NCBI GenBank assembly: GCA_002407045.1
Contig: DHKB01000011.1
Coordinates: forward strand, 6,906 to 70,905
Length of the DNA: 64,000 bases
Reading direction: 5' to 3'
Source of the DNA: Candidatus Bruticola papionis
Lineage (GTDB): Bacteria; Vulcanimicrobiota; Xenobia; Xenobiales; Xenobiaceae
Shown: one piece after another, positions 8,087 to 18,687 of the stretch
Numbering within the stretch: position 1 is the first letter of the stretch
How the letters are laid out: the number at the start of each line of letters is the position of its first letter
The notes under the pieces: generated by a model
The model's database searches: none
Seen by the model: the letters and a program-made list of their open reading frames with translations, nothing else
Told to the model about the DNA's origin: nothing
Program-made: the position numbers and the translations under genes

Positions 8087-9916
8087 CTATTCTTCAGGCA
8101 AAACCACATCAGCAAAGTTATCCATGATGCGTTCGTGGCACATCTTGCCCAAAATGCTGCGGAATTGAGCGAACTTCAAGGTGCGCTGCTCTTTTACGCA
8201 ATAGCGACGCCAAGTGACAGTTTCATTTTCCATTTCAGAAGCGCCGACAACCAAAATATTAGGAATCTTGGAAGTAACAGCAGCGCGAATCTTCTTGTTG
8301 AAACTATCGCCGTCCAAGTTGGCCTGAGCCCTGTAAAGATCGTTACGCAGAGAAGCGGCGATCTTTTCGGCGTAATCGCCAAACTTTTCGACAGATACAG
8401 GTACTACCATAACTTGAGTGGGAGACATCCAAGTGGGGAAAGCGCCTTTGAAGTGTTCCATTAAGAAAGCCAAGAAGCGCTCGTGAGTGCCCAAAGGAGC
8501 ACGGTGGATGCAATAAGGAGTATGGTATTCGCCATCCTTACCGGTGTAGACTAAGTTGAAGCGAGGAGGTACAGCAAAGTCGAGCTGGTTGGTGGAAGCG
8601 GTCTCTTCACGTCCGACAACGTTACGAATCTGGAAGTCTACTTTAGGGCCATAGAAAGCGGCTTCACCGGGGACTTCTTCGTATTGTACGCCCATTTCCT
8701 TAACCACTTGACGAATGGCATCTTCAGAATGAGCCCAAGCTTCAGGATTGTCTACGTACTTCTTGGTATTCTTAGGATCATGCATAGACAAGCGCATCCA
8801 GTATCCTTCAATGCGGAACTTGTCATAATAGAAGCGGTGCATGTCCAAAACGGCCCTGAACTCAGCAGCTAATTGCTCAGGACTGCAATAGATGTGAGCG
8901 TCGTTCATGCACATACCACGCACGCGTAAAAGTCCAGCTAACGTACCGGAAGCTTCGTAGCGATAGCACTGTCCGTACTCAGCCAAACGCAGAGGCAACT
9001 CGCGGTAAGAACGAGGACGACTGCTATAGATCATATGATGGAACGGGCAGTTCATGGGCTTAAGATAATAGTTCTGGCCGTCGTCTATTTGCATAGGCGG
9101 GAACATACTGTCCTTGTAATAAGGAAGGTGACCAGAAGTATAGAAAAGCTGCTCGTTGGTGATGCAAGGAGTAGCTACGCGTAAGTAACCACCACGCTGT
9201 TCAGTTTCTTTAGCGAATTTTTCTAGCTCTTCACGCAAAACGGTACCGTTGGGCAACCAAAGGGGCAAGCCCAAACCGACCATTTCATTCATAGTGTAGA
9301 ACTCTAACTCTTTGCTGAGCTTACGGTGGTCGTATTTGCGAGCCTCTTCACGCAAGCGCAAGAACTCTTTGAGCTCTTTTTTGTTATTGAAAGCTAAACC
9401 GTAGATACGGGTCAGCATTTCACGAGACTGATCGCCGCGCCAATAAGCTCCGGCTACCGAGTCGAGAGCGAAACAATCGCTGGGAATTTCTGAAGTATTG
9501 CCTACATGAGGGCCGGCACAAAGATCAGTAAACTCACCATTTTGATAGAAATGAATATCTTTGCCCTCGCTGGCAAGATCACGCACATACTCGGCCTTGA
9601 GAACTTCTCCTTTTTCTTCCAAGCGCTTTACAGCTTCTTCAAGAGGAAGATCGTAATGGGTGAAAGCTTGTTTCTCGGCGATAATGCGGCGCATTTCAGC
9701 TTCAATTTCCGGAAGCTTATCCGCATCAATGGGCGTTGAAAATTGGAAATCATAGTAGAAGCCATTATCTACGGGCGGGCCGAAACCTAACTTAGTATCG
9801 GGGTAAAGACGCTGCACCGCCTCTGCCAAAATATGGGACAAAGAGTGACGTCTCTTATAAAGGGGATCGTTTTCCTTTTCCTGGGCATCCATACCCGCAT
9901 AAACTTGTCTGGCCAT
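8087..9916 (-). CDS. thrS: Threonine--tRNA ligase, short form without the N-terminal TGS domain
   Basis: It has the editing-domain motif HSLSHILAEAV, a class II catalytic core and a C-terminal anticodon-binding domain. I moved the start to the ATG at 9914-9916, which has GGAG 7 nt upstream. The track ORF extends to 9973. Confidence 0.9.
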   Translation of the reverse strand: MARQVYAGMDAQEKENDPLYKRRHSLSHILAEAVQRLYPDTKLGFGPPVDNGFYYDFQFSTPIDADKLPEIEAEMRRIIAEKQAFTHYDLPLEEAVKRLEEKGEVLKAEYVRDLASEGKDIHFYQNGEFTDLCAGPHVGNTSEIPSDCFALDSVAGAYWRGDQSREMLTRIYGLAFNNKKELKEFLRLREEARKYDHRKLSKELEFYTMNEMVGLGLPLWLPNGTVLREELEKFAKETEQRGGYLRVATPCITNEQLFYTSGHLPYYKDSMFPPMQIDDGQNYYLKPMNCPFHHMIYSSRPRSYRELPLRLAEYGQCYRYEASGTLAGLLRVRGMCMNDAHIYCSPEQLAAEFRAVLDMHRFYYDKFRIEGYWMRLSMHDPKNTKKYVDNPEAWAHSEDAIRQVVKEMGVQYEEVPGEAAFYGPKVDFQIRNVVGREETASTNQLDFAVPPRFNLVYTGKDGEYHTPYCIHRAPLGTHERFLAFLMEHFKGAFPTWMSPTQVMVVPVSVEKFGDYAEKIAASLRNDLYRAQANLDGDSFNKKIRAAVTSKIPNILVVGASEMENETVTWRRYCVKEQRTLKFAQFRSILGKMCHERIMDNFADVVLPEE

Positions 9917-10109
9917 AAATAACTCCATATTACGGCAAAGCTTCAACAACAAGCCTTGCCTAGCTCGGCGCAATTTTCAAAAGGACTTTTTTGCCATGGC
10001 CTCTTATCCCGACCACAATCAAGTCCCCTATCGGGTCGGCGCCGCGACCGCCTATAAATATACACAAATTCTACAAAATAAACAAACTGGAAATAAAGTT
10101 GCTAAATTT

Positions 10110-11219
10110 TTAGTTTTCCCAACCAAGACGTAAACGCAACGAAAGCATAAAACAAGTACTAGCAGCTAAAACAAAAGCCACGATAGAACTGACAACACAA
10201 CTTCGAAGCAAATAAATTTCCGCTTCTCCACGCACTTGGGCATAAATTTGTTCTTGGCTTACCTGAGAAGCTCCATTATAAAGATGGAGTAATTGGCTCA
10301 AATAGGGAGATTCTTGATTGCCAACTAAGTGCTCACGCAAGACAAAATAAGCGCTGTTTGAAGCCCAATTGTCACTTTGCAAAGCTTCTCTATCAAGAGC
10401 ATACATACCAGCAAAACTCACGCGAATAGGATTGAGACAATCTTCAAGAGGATAGTCGGAGTGGGCAATTGTAGGTATGAAAGAGAAGCCTATCAACAAT
10501 AAGGCTAAAGTTACAGAAAATTCACTAAATAAGATACGTACAGTTCTATTCCAAAGAATGAGCAATAAACCGCTCAGCACCAAAACAGTTTCTACTTGGC
10601 TAAAATGGAAAAAGTTATGCAAACAATAAGCTCCGACCAAAGCTATAAGCAGCAACTTGCGCAATGAAGCAGCGCACTTATTAGGAGCGTTTTGAAAAGA
10701 CATGCCCCACCAAGCGCCTAAAAAAGTAGCCGTTATTAAGGAAAGCAAACTATACACAGAGGCGGCCAGCACAATTTCAGCGTTAAGTCCGGGAAGCAGT
10801 AAGCAAAATACCATACTGCTAAAAGAAAGCAGCAGCCACTCGATCAAGTAAGGGGCTGAAAAAGCCAACAATTTAAAAGCTAAACTTTTATAACAGCCTC
10901 TAGGGGTAATGCTGAGCATTTTGTATATACCATAGCAACGATCTGAGTACACAGAAAAAGCTAAACGCGGAGCCAGCCCCCAGTATTGGCCAACAATAAA
11001 AATAGCAATCAGCCAACACAACATACGCGAGCAAGAAATAATCGGAATGTAACGGCCTTCTAAAACTAAATAAAAGTTCCAAACAAGATAAAGTAGCCAA
11101 AAGATCGGCAAAGCAGCTTCCCAAAAGCACAATTTACCTTGAGCCAAAACAAGTCTTAGTTCGCGCAACAGCAGAGGGCTGGCCGCTTCTCGGTATTTTA
11201 CGATTAGCTTATTTATCAT
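10110..11219 (-). CDS. Polytopic membrane protein of unknown function
   Basis: 369-aa ORF with many hydrophobic segments. I recognised no family signature. Confidence 0.6.
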   Translation of the reverse strand: MINKLIVKYREAASPLLLRELRLVLAQGKLCFWEAALPIFWLLYLVWNFYLVLEGRYIPIISCSRMLCWLIAIFIVGQYWGLAPRLAFSVYSDRCYGIYKMLSITPRGCYKSLAFKLLAFSAPYLIEWLLLSFSSMVFCLLLPGLNAEIVLAASVYSLLSLITATFLGAWWGMSFQNAPNKCAASLRKLLLIALVGAYCLHNFFHFSQVETVLVLSGLLLILWNRTVRILFSEFSVTLALLLIGFSFIPTIAHSDYPLEDCLNPIRVSFAGMYALDREALQSDNWASNSAYFVLREHLVGNQESPYLSQLLHLYNGASQVSQEQIYAQVRGEAEIYLLRSCVVSSIVAFVLAASTCFMLSLRLRLGWEN

Positions 11220-11660
11220 TTAGAGGATCTAAAATGGTTCCGGGCCTTTCAAAAGGATAACCAATTATAGCGTGTCGACGTGGATTTTTAGCTAGCATGC
11301 ACTAACACATCTGTCTGGTACAGTCAAGGCGTCGGCTAACACCTCGCTACAGCATCCTTGACAGTCCTATCCATCCACGTTGACAGATAATCGAGAGGCT
11401 TAAGTACCCTCGTAGCATTATACCTTAAAGAATTTACACATAATTTTGGACTTGACTAGTCAAAGCTGAAAAATAGGGTGAAGGTAAGTTCACGCAATGG
11501 AAGAAAATATCCGTTCATAGCCTACGTGGCAAAAAGTGTGAATGGGCTTGTGTTTTTTTGCACTTTGCAACATAGCGTATGTCATATCAGCATATATTTT
11601 ATGTTTGGCATAATTTTACTCGCTTAGTCGGCGGCCACATCCAACAGGGAGGATCAAAGC

Positions 11661-11957
11661 ATGTCTACAACTATTAGCACCGCGCTGTTACTATGTGCCA
11701 TTGCACTGGTAATTATCGGTGTAACCGTTCCCGTAATTATTCTCATTCGTTTGCACGCCATAGAAGAAAATTTGGAGAAAACTGCCATATTGTTAACGGT
11801 TTTGGCCAATTTGCAAGGAGCGACCGACGCTGACGTAACCCAAGCAGCCGGTTTAGAAGAAGAAGTAATTTCTCTTCCTAAATCCAAAAAAAATAGCGAT
11901 GGCGTTTCACTCAGTAAGTCGGACGATACCAAAGGCGATAAGAAAAAAGGCAAATAA
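11661..11957 (+). CDS. Small membrane-anchored protein with a charged Lys-rich tail
   Basis: A strong RBS, GGGAGGA, lies 7-8 nt upstream of the ATG. The protein has an N-terminal TM segment (ALLLCAIALVIIGVTVPVIILI). I prefer it to the overlapping 194-aa antisense ORF. Confidence 0.55.
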   Translation: MSTTISTALLLCAIALVIIGVTVPVIILIRLHAIEENLEKTAILLTVLANLQGATDADVTQAAGLEEEVISLPKSKKNSDGVSLSKSDDTKGDKKKGK

Positions 11958-12059
11958 GCTATATTTTCTCGGAAAAAGGGAAGATGCACAAAACAATAGG
12001 CGCCTGTTGGGATTAAATACCGGCAGTGTGTCTGTTTTAGTTTGTCGAGGATTTTATTT

Positions 12060-14102
12060 ATGAAGTTTAATTTTAGGCCGCAGCTTTTAAGCAGAAAGCT
12101 CAAAAACTTTTTGTACGTAGCCGCACTTATATTGGCCACGCTTCCCTTAAGCGTGCAAGCTGCCGATTCGCCTTCCAAGCCAGATAGTCGTTTCTTTAAT
12201 TCTCCCGGATTAAAAGAATATCCTAATGCCTGCGCCATTATTTTGGAAGACGATCTTACCTACCGTCTCAACGAAGATTATTCTGCCGAAGCTACCGAGC
12301 ATAACGCCATCAAGCTTCTCAATGGAGAAGGTGTTAAGCTTTTCCGCCTTTATCCCAGAAATTTTGACGCTTCTTTTGAAAGTGTGGAATTTGAATACGC
12401 TCGTACGATCAGCCCTCAAGGACAAGTAACCGAAGTACCGGCGGACAATTTCAAAACTATAGCAGCCATTAACGGCTCTCCCATTTACAAAGATCGTCAA
12501 ATTTATGTGGCAGAGTTTCCCAACCTTGAAGTGGGCTCGGTAATTGAATATTCTGTCAAAACTAAATACGCTCCCAGAAAAGATAAGCAATGGTGGGCTT
12601 GTTCGTATTTGCAAAATGATTTGCCCATTTTGCACTCTACCTACAAGGTAAGTGTACCTTCCCAAGAAAAAGCCTATACTTTTTCTAATGTTCCTTATCT
12701 CCGTTCACCCAAAGTAACTGAAAGCAAGGGAATGCGTACTTACTATTGGGAAACTAAAGAAGCTTTCGACGCCATTACCAGCAACGTCAGTATGCCTTCG
12801 TCTTTCAATTACTACAAATACGTGGCTGCTACCAGCTTTTCCAATTGGAAAGATCTGAGCAAATGGGCGGCCACTATTTGGGATGAAAATACTGCCGATA
12901 GTGACGCTTCTTTAAGCATGCTTTGTAGCCGCATTACTTCTGTGGGCAAGCCGGCCGAAGAACGCATACAAGACGTGCTTGGTTATATGTCCAAGTTTTC
13001 TATTTTGGACAAAGATCAGAACATCTGGCGCTCAGTAGATTTCAAACAAACTATTGCTTCGAAATTGCTCACCTACCAAGACGCAGCTTATTTGACTGGT
13101 GCTCTCTTGAGAAGAGCCGGTTTGAGAGTCAACGCCTATATGGTTGCCAGTTCAGATCTGAAGACTATGGCCCAGTTGCCTCCTATACCTACTTATTTCA
13201 GCCAGTTTTTGCTCAAGGTCTCTGATCCAGGTGGCAAAACCTGGTGGATCGATCCTTCTTTACCTGGTTCTGCTCTCAATGCCCCCAACTTAGGTTGGCA
13301 AGGCTCGGCTATGCTTGAGCTTCCTTCAGCTCACAGTTCTAAGCCTGGCCGCCTGGTAACAGCTCCCGTAGGTGCTCCTGAAGACAACATTTGCTCTTAC
13401 AACATGGAAGGGCGCATTGAAGCTAACGGTATAGGCCAGCTCAATGCTGACATTACTTACAATGGTCCCCGCGCCAACATTCTGCGTACCGCTGAAGGAC
13501 AAGCTCAAGCCTTAACTGAAGCTCAGCACAAAGAAATGGTCAACTGGATTATCGGTAAGTTTAATAGCAATTTCTGCTTCCAAACTATCCCCTATGCCAA
13601 TTTCTTCCCTACTGAAATGGACACTCAGTCGCCGGTAACTGTCGGTACTTCCGTGCAATTTGCCAACTACGCTCGCTATAGTCGCGAAAGAGATCGTTTC
13701 GAAACTCCTTTGCCTATAACTCAAGGACAATCGTTGCAAGCCGGACTTAATAGTGCTTCCCGCCTCTATCCTGTCCGTTTTGATGCTCCCTTTATCGACG
13801 AAGTTAGCTACCATGTAATTCTCCCTCAAGACAGTAAAGTATTAGCTCAGCCAGAAGATATAACTTTAAGCAATGATGTTGGCTCTTATACTTGTAAAAC
13901 AGTAGTTAAAGGCTCTGAAGTATGGTTTTATAGCCGTACACAAATAAATTTACCCTGGATCTACAAAGACAAGTTCGCCCAGCTTGAAGAACTGGCTAAA
14001 GCCCAACTGTCTACTTTCAAAGCTCCCTTAGCCTACAAGCTGGCTCTCAAAGTCCCAATGGAAAAAGCTCAAAAGGATGAAGACGAAGCTTCGCAAGAGT
14101 AA
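12060..14102 (+). CDS. Secreted DUF3857 / transglutaminase-like superfamily protein (tentative)
   Basis: Signal peptide MKFNF...LPLSVQA from the ATG at 12060. The N-terminal region resembles DUF3857 architecture. The central region sits where the transglutaminase core would be but has no obvious catalytic Cys. Confidence 0.5.
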   Translation: MKFNFRPQLLSRKLKNFLYVAALILATLPLSVQAADSPSKPDSRFFNSPGLKEYPNACAIILEDDLTYRLNEDYSAEATEHNAIKLLNGEGVKLFRLYPRNFDASFESVEFEYARTISPQGQVTEVPADNFKTIAAINGSPIYKDRQIYVAEFPNLEVGSVIEYSVKTKYAPRKDKQWWACSYLQNDLPILHSTYKVSVPSQEKAYTFSNVPYLRSPKVTESKGMRTYYWETKEAFDAITSNVSMPSSFNYYKYVAATSFSNWKDLSKWAATIWDENTADSDASLSMLCSRITSVGKPAEERIQDVLGYMSKFSILDKDQNIWRSVDFKQTIASKLLTYQDAAYLTGALLRRAGLRVNAYMVASSDLKTMAQLPPIPTYFSQFLLKVSDPGGKTWWIDPSLPGSALNAPNLGWQGSAMLELPSAHSSKPGRLVTAPVGAPEDNICSYNMEGRIEANGIGQLNADITYNGPRANILRTAEGQAQALTEAQHKEMVNWIIGKFNSNFCFQTIPYANFFPTEMDTQSPVTVGTSVQFANYARYSRERDRFETPLPITQGQSLQAGLNSASRLYPVRFDAPFIDEVSYHVILPQDSKVLAQPEDITLSNDVGSYTCKTVVKGSEVWFYSRTQINLPWIYKDKFAQLEELAKAQLSTFKAPLAYKLALKVPMEKAQKDEDEASQE

Positions 14103-14128
14103 GAATATTTAGTAATCCTCGACATTAT

Positions 14129-14172
14129 CCCCCACTATTCAGGTCTATTCTGGCAGTGGGGGATTTTTTTTA
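14129..14172 (+). terminator. Rho-independent terminator
   Basis: CCCCCACT (14129-14136) pairs with AGTGGGGG (14155-14162), followed by a T8 run. Confidence 0.75.
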
Positions 14173-14248
14173 TTTCTGTCGCATTGAGCAAAGCTGCTTT
14201 AGAAACAATACCAATCAAGTTATCAACGCAAATTAAGGTATTTTTTTT

Positions 14249-15184
14249 ATGGAAAACAAAAAAATTTTAAGTTATAAAGCTCTGGCTAAGATAAATTTAA
14301 CTTTAGAGCTATTAGACACTTTGCCCAACGGTTATCATCAGCTAGATACAATTTTCCAAAGTTTGGAGCTAGCCGATCAGCTTTTTTTGCGTAAAGCTCA
14401 AGAAACTAATTTAGAAATAATTGACGAAATAGGTTGTGGTTTTACCGTAAGTGCCGATCAGGACAATTTGGTATTAAAGGCCCATCGGGCTTTGCAAAAT
14501 TTCACCGGGCTAGAACTGCCATGCCATTTTGTATTGCATAAAAACATACCGGCCGGCGGTGGCTTAGGAGGCGGCAGCGCCGATTGTGCAGCAGCTTTAA
14601 AAGGCCTAAACGCTCTCTATAATTTGCAGCTTTCTCATGAAGTATTGCTGGAAGAAGCTGGCAAATTGGGAGCAGACGTAGCTTTTGGCCTAGTTGAAAA
14701 TACCGCCCGTGGACTAGGACGAGGAGAGCAACTTACTAAATTGCCAATTCCCCAACTTTTTAAGGATTGGGGCGTTCTTTTACTCATTCCGCCTTTCGGT
14801 TTAAGCACACCCGAAGTTTACAAAGCTTGGGATCAACTACCTAATGAAAAACGCCGTCCTGCCCAAGGCAGTTCAGCCAATTTAGTCAAACTTTTGGAAA
14901 CTCAACCCACTAGCTATACCCCAGAGGCCAGCTTATGGCAAGTAAAATTCCTTAACGAATTGAAAAACGATCTCTACCCTGCCGCTCAAGCTCTGCGACC
15001 AGAACTTGCCTCTATAAGGGAGACTTTACTCACTTGGGGATGTCAAGCAGCTCAGCTTTGCGGCAGCGGTTCCACAGTATTTGCCATGCTTAATCCAAAA
15101 ATATACCAACAAGTTCAGGCCCAGCCGGAGTTGTTGCATAGCTTAGAGAAACTGGGACGAGTATACTTAACTCGCTTCGCTTAG
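14249..15184 (+). CDS. ispE: 4-diphosphocytidyl-2-C-methyl-D-erythritol kinase
   Basis: GHMP kinase motifs KINLTLELL...GYHQLDTIF and IPAGGGLGGGSADCAAAL. Confidence 0.9.
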   Translation: MENKKILSYKALAKINLTLELLDTLPNGYHQLDTIFQSLELADQLFLRKAQETNLEIIDEIGCGFTVSADQDNLVLKAHRALQNFTGLELPCHFVLHKNIPAGGGLGGGSADCAAALKGLNALYNLQLSHEVLLEEAGKLGADVAFGLVENTARGLGRGEQLTKLPIPQLFKDWGVLLLIPPFGLSTPEVYKAWDQLPNEKRRPAQGSSANLVKLLETQPTSYTPEASLWQVKFLNELKNDLYPAAQALRPELASIRETLLTWGCQAAQLCGSGSTVFAMLNPKIYQQVQAQPELLHSLEKLGRVYLTRFA

Positions 15185-15185
15185 G

Positions 15186-16022
15186 ATGTGTGCAATGAGT
15201 GATTCAATAATAGCTAAAAATTCTGCTGAAGCTGAAAGCAAATTTGCTATGCCTGTCGACGCTGTTCTTTTGGCAGGCGGTCGTCTCAAAAATTTGCCAG
15301 CCTCAGAACCAGCAGTGCCTGGCAAGGGCCATATAATGATTGGCAATAAGCCAATGAGCGCCTATACCCTGGAGGCTTTGCGCCGATCGCACAATATTCG
15401 CCGAATCATTTTAGTCAGTCCAGTAAAAAAAGAAGACTTAGGCCCTGAGTGGGAAGGCGTTGATGAAGTCGCTCCGGCTGGTTCCAGCTTGATCCAATCT
15501 TTATTTTCCGGCCTCAAAGCTCTACCCTCAAGCCACGATCCAGTGCTATTAGTAGCTGGCGATTTACCTTTTTTAACCACAGAAGCTGTAGACGATTTTC
15601 TAACTAGGTGTAGTGCCAAGCCGCACAACGTTTTGTGGTATGGTTTTTTGGATAAAGCCGTTTCTCAAGCCAAATATCCAGAAGTCCGCCACACTTGGGT
15701 AAAAATGGTAGAAGGCACTTTCTGTGGTGGTGGCTTGACTTGCTTGAGAGCCGACATTGCTGAAGCTATTCAACAAGCTATAGCAGCAGTAACCGCCGGG
15801 CGCAAGAATCCCTTCAAACTGGCGGGAATTTTAGGCTTAAAAACACTCTTTTACTTACTTATAGGCAAATTGACCATTCCTATGGCCGAAGAAGCTGCCG
15901 CCAGATTATTGAAATTGCCTTGTTGTGGCATAGTAAGCCCTTACGCCGAAACGGCTTACAATATCGACGACGCCGAATCTTTAGAGCAAGCTCGCCACCG
16001 CCTGTCTAATTCTTCCAACTAA
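15186..16022 (+). CDS. MobA-like NTP-transferase family protein
   Basis: Gly-rich N-terminal nucleotide-binding loop AVLLAGGRL. Its start abuts the ispE stop. Confidence 0.6.
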   Translation: MCAMSDSIIAKNSAEAESKFAMPVDAVLLAGGRLKNLPASEPAVPGKGHIMIGNKPMSAYTLEALRRSHNIRRIILVSPVKKEDLGPEWEGVDEVAPAGSSLIQSLFSGLKALPSSHDPVLLVAGDLPFLTTEAVDDFLTRCSAKPHNVLWYGFLDKAVSQAKYPEVRHTWVKMVEGTFCGGGLTCLRADIAEAIQQAIAAVTAGRKNPFKLAGILGLKTLFYLLIGKLTIPMAEEAAARLLKLPCCGIVSPYAETAYNIDDAESLEQARHRLSNSSN

Positions 16023-17893
16023 TCTCCGTTAGCAGCTTCAGCACGTAAGCAAAAGTCTTCAATTTTGCTCAGCTTGCCTCTTTCATCCAAAGCTTCTCGA
16101 GCACGTTTCCATTTATTGAGCATAAATTTATGCCAGAATGGACGTGCTTTTTTTTCGCGCCAATCAACATTGTACTGTTTGGCCGCTTGCTCCAGTTCAC
16201 GTTGTGCTTGATAGCGATATTGCCAAAAGCAGGCTTCTGAAGTATATATTTTTTCTCCACTATCCGTATAACGAAAGAGCAATCCTTGGCGCACAACAAG
16301 ATGCAAAGGCGCATGTTCTAATCCACATTGGCCAGCTGTTTGCTCGTCGTCAAAGTAAACAGCCCGACCCTCGCGCCAAGCGGAATCTAAAAGAGCCGCT
16401 AGTCCTTGCCCTTTAAGAGTTTGAGCATAAGCAAGCGGCAGCGAATCTATAAACCATTGCGAATGGCAAACTCCTACCGGAATAACCATAAAATCACGCT
16501 TCAGCACCGCTTTAGCGTAAATCAAGCCCCCACAAATAGCATCATTTTGAGCGGCCACAATAGCCTTATCTGGTATAGAGGCAGCCATGTAAAGCAAAGT
16601 ATTATTGACTAAATATTGACCATGTTCGGAAGCTCCATTCCAATTAGAAGCCAAAGGCCAAAGAAAAGTAGCTACCGAAATCGTCACAATCAGCCATTTC
16701 TTTAATTTGTTACCTTGCCCAACTGCAACTGAATTAGCTAAAGTTGCCGTTCCAAAGCCAATAAAAGCTCCAAAAGCCAAATATGAAGAGCAGAAAAAGC
16801 GCTCCATCATTTCCTGATAGCCTTCCGCGTTGGGCTGAGCAGCATATACAGCCCAAACTGGGCCAGCAAAAACTAAAAGGCAAATCCAAAGCCAAAATTC
16901 TGCCCGTTGCTTCCTCCAAGCCACAATTATTCCCCATAGCCCCAAACTTGCAGCTAAAAGCTTAAATTGTTTAAAAAACAGAGATAACAGCCAATATACT
17001 AATGAGGCCGCCCCGGAAGCGCTATCTCCTTTAGTGCTCAGTTGCAAGCTACCGTAGCCGCTGCGCATCACTACCCAGAAAAAATTCTTCCAAGTAGAGG
17101 GATTGCCCCAGTTGAAAGCCACAAAAGGATCACTATGAGCCGCTAAAAATCGAGCTCTAACTATAAGCCAAAGGTAAGGCAACAATCCTAGTACAAAGCA
17201 CAAACAAGCAACGCTTATCACAACGCAGCGGCTTGGCCCCACACTTTTTTCGGCTTTCGGCTTGGATAATTTTCTTGCAGAAAACACCGAACTACAGCTT
17301 TGGTTGCCTAGATATAAGAATATAGCTAATCCAGGTAAAAAAAGCGCCGTCGTATGATGATGGCTGAAAGAAAGTCCCAAAACTAGACTTAAGACCCACA
17401 ACGTGTAGGGGCGCCAAGCTGATATTTTTTTGTAAACTACAGCCAAAGCCGCTAACAAGCTAATAAAGAATAGGTGCAAAGAAAAAACTTCAGCTCCCAC
17501 CGCCATGCGCCAAGGGCTCAAAGCAAAAGCGAAACAAAAAGTGCCAACCAAAGCTCCCCAAGCAGAATTGAGCGTAAGATATAAGCCGAAAGCTAAACAA
17601 GCACACGCTGCAGCTGAGCATAAAGCCGAAAAGGCATTCATAGTAAGAGCCGGGGCGGCCAACTTTAACGAGCAAAGCAACCAACCTAACATGGTATAAA
17701 GCGGATAGCCAGGCGGATGAGCAATGCCACCGACAGCGCAAGCACTAATCAATTCCGCACTGTCAAAGCCAGGCGGAATGGCCGGAGCCAAGGTCACAAG
17801 ATAGACAATTAAACTTATAATGAAGGCTAGGGCGGCAATTTTGCAAGCAGATTTTAAGCAAGGCCAATTTGTTTCAGAAAGCAGACATTCCAT
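16019..17893 (-). CDS. DUF2723/GT-C type membrane glycosyltransferase-like protein
   Basis: Polytopic 624-aa protein with the PPGYPLYTMLG motif typical of DUF2723 proteins and a soluble C-terminal domain. Confidence 0.6.
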   Translation of the reverse strand: MECLLSETNWPCLKSACKIAALAFIISLIVYLVTLAPAIPPGFDSAELISACAVGGIAHPPGYPLYTMLGWLLCSLKLAAPALTMNAFSALCSAAACACLAFGLYLTLNSAWGALVGTFCFAFALSPWRMAVGAEVFSLHLFFISLLAALAVVYKKISAWRPYTLWVLSLVLGLSFSHHHTTALFLPGLAIFLYLGNQSCSSVFSARKLSKPKAEKSVGPSRCVVISVACLCFVLGLLPYLWLIVRARFLAAHSDPFVAFNWGNPSTWKNFFWVVMRSGYGSLQLSTKGDSASGAASLVYWLLSLFFKQFKLLAASLGLWGIIVAWRKQRAEFWLWICLLVFAGPVWAVYAAQPNAEGYQEMMERFFCSSYLAFGAFIGFGTATLANSVAVGQGNKLKKWLIVTISVATFLWPLASNWNGASEHGQYLVNNTLLYMAASIPDKAIVAAQNDAICGGLIYAKAVLKRDFMVIPVGVCHSQWFIDSLPLAYAQTLKGQGLAALLDSAWREGRAVYFDDEQTAGQCGLEHAPLHLVVRQGLLFRYTDSGEKIYTSEACFWQYRYQAQRELEQAAKQYNVDWREKKARPFWHKFMLNKWKRAREALDERGKLSKIEDFCLRAEAANGD

Positions 17894-18070
17894 GGAGCGC
17901 TCTCAACATAGTAAAAAATTGCCACCAATTTTCTACAGTTTGGCTCCGGCTTCCCCCGAGCCATGTTTTTCTTCCTTCGGTGGCTGTCTACAAGCCTAAA
18001 AGGTATCACTTGCCAATTATGGAAAATCAGCGGCCAAGTATACATACTTAAGGAGAAAGACATTTAGCTA

Positions 18071-18466
18071 ATGAGCACTATCAAACATGAAATTATTGCT
18101 ACCGAAAAGGCCCCTCAAGCTATTGGCCCCTATTCTCAAGCCGTGCGCTTAGGCTCTTTGATCTTTTGCTCAGGGCAAATTCCTTTGCATCCGGAAAGCG
18201 AAACCATCGTTGGTGACACAACCGCTGAGCAAACCGAACAAGTTCTTAAAAATTTACAAAAAGTCTTGGAAGCAGCCGGTAGTAACCTAAATTGTGTGCT
18301 GAAAACAACTTGTTTTTTGAGCGACATGGCTGATTTTGCAGAATTCAACCAAGTTTACGCCCATTTCTTCACAGAGAATGCCCCAGCTCGTTCAGCTATT
18401 CAGTCCGCCGCTCTGCCCAAGGGAGTAAGGGTAGAAGTTGAAGCCATAGCTTATTGTGCTGAATAG
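18071..18466 (+). CDS. ridA: RidA/YjgF family enamine/imine deaminase
   Basis: APQAIGPYSQAV...PARSAIQSAALPKGVRVEVEAIA; 131 aa. Confidence 0.9.
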   Translation: MSTIKHEIIATEKAPQAIGPYSQAVRLGSLIFCSGQIPLHPESETIVGDTTAEQTEQVLKNLQKVLEAAGSNLNCVLKTTCFLSDMADFAEFNQVYAHFFTENAPARSAIQSAALPKGVRVEVEAIAYCAE

Positions 18467-18687
18467 CCCAGATTATATATCGATCTAACTCTCGACTTCT
18501 ATTTGATGTGAAATTAAGTACTCTTTTAAGAAGGATAAAAGGCGAGCTAAAAGAAAAGCTTACGGAATTTTGAAAATTCACTGAATTTGTGTAATAATAT
18601 CGTCTCATTGTAAGTTTCTGCGCCCACCGACTTTCTAGGCATGAAGTTGCGGTGTTGGCGCCTATAATACGGAGGTATTAATTTAAA

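Noticed and set aside
9917-10109. Possible T-box or attenuator leader upstream of thrS
   Set aside because: Only about 190 nt are available. I could not find a specifier loop or T-box consensus, and only a small GC hairpin is present.
11220-11660. tmRNA or RNase P RNA in the long intergenic region
   Set aside because: On either strand there is no GGGG...ACCA tRNA-like acceptor end, no tag reading frame, and no GAGGAAAGUCC-type P4 motif. I kept it only as an unclassified structured region.
11654-12238. 194-aa minus-strand ORF
   Set aside because: It overlaps antisense both the RBS-supported small ORF at 11661-11957 and the signal-peptide start of the 12060 gene. It has no RBS or family signature.
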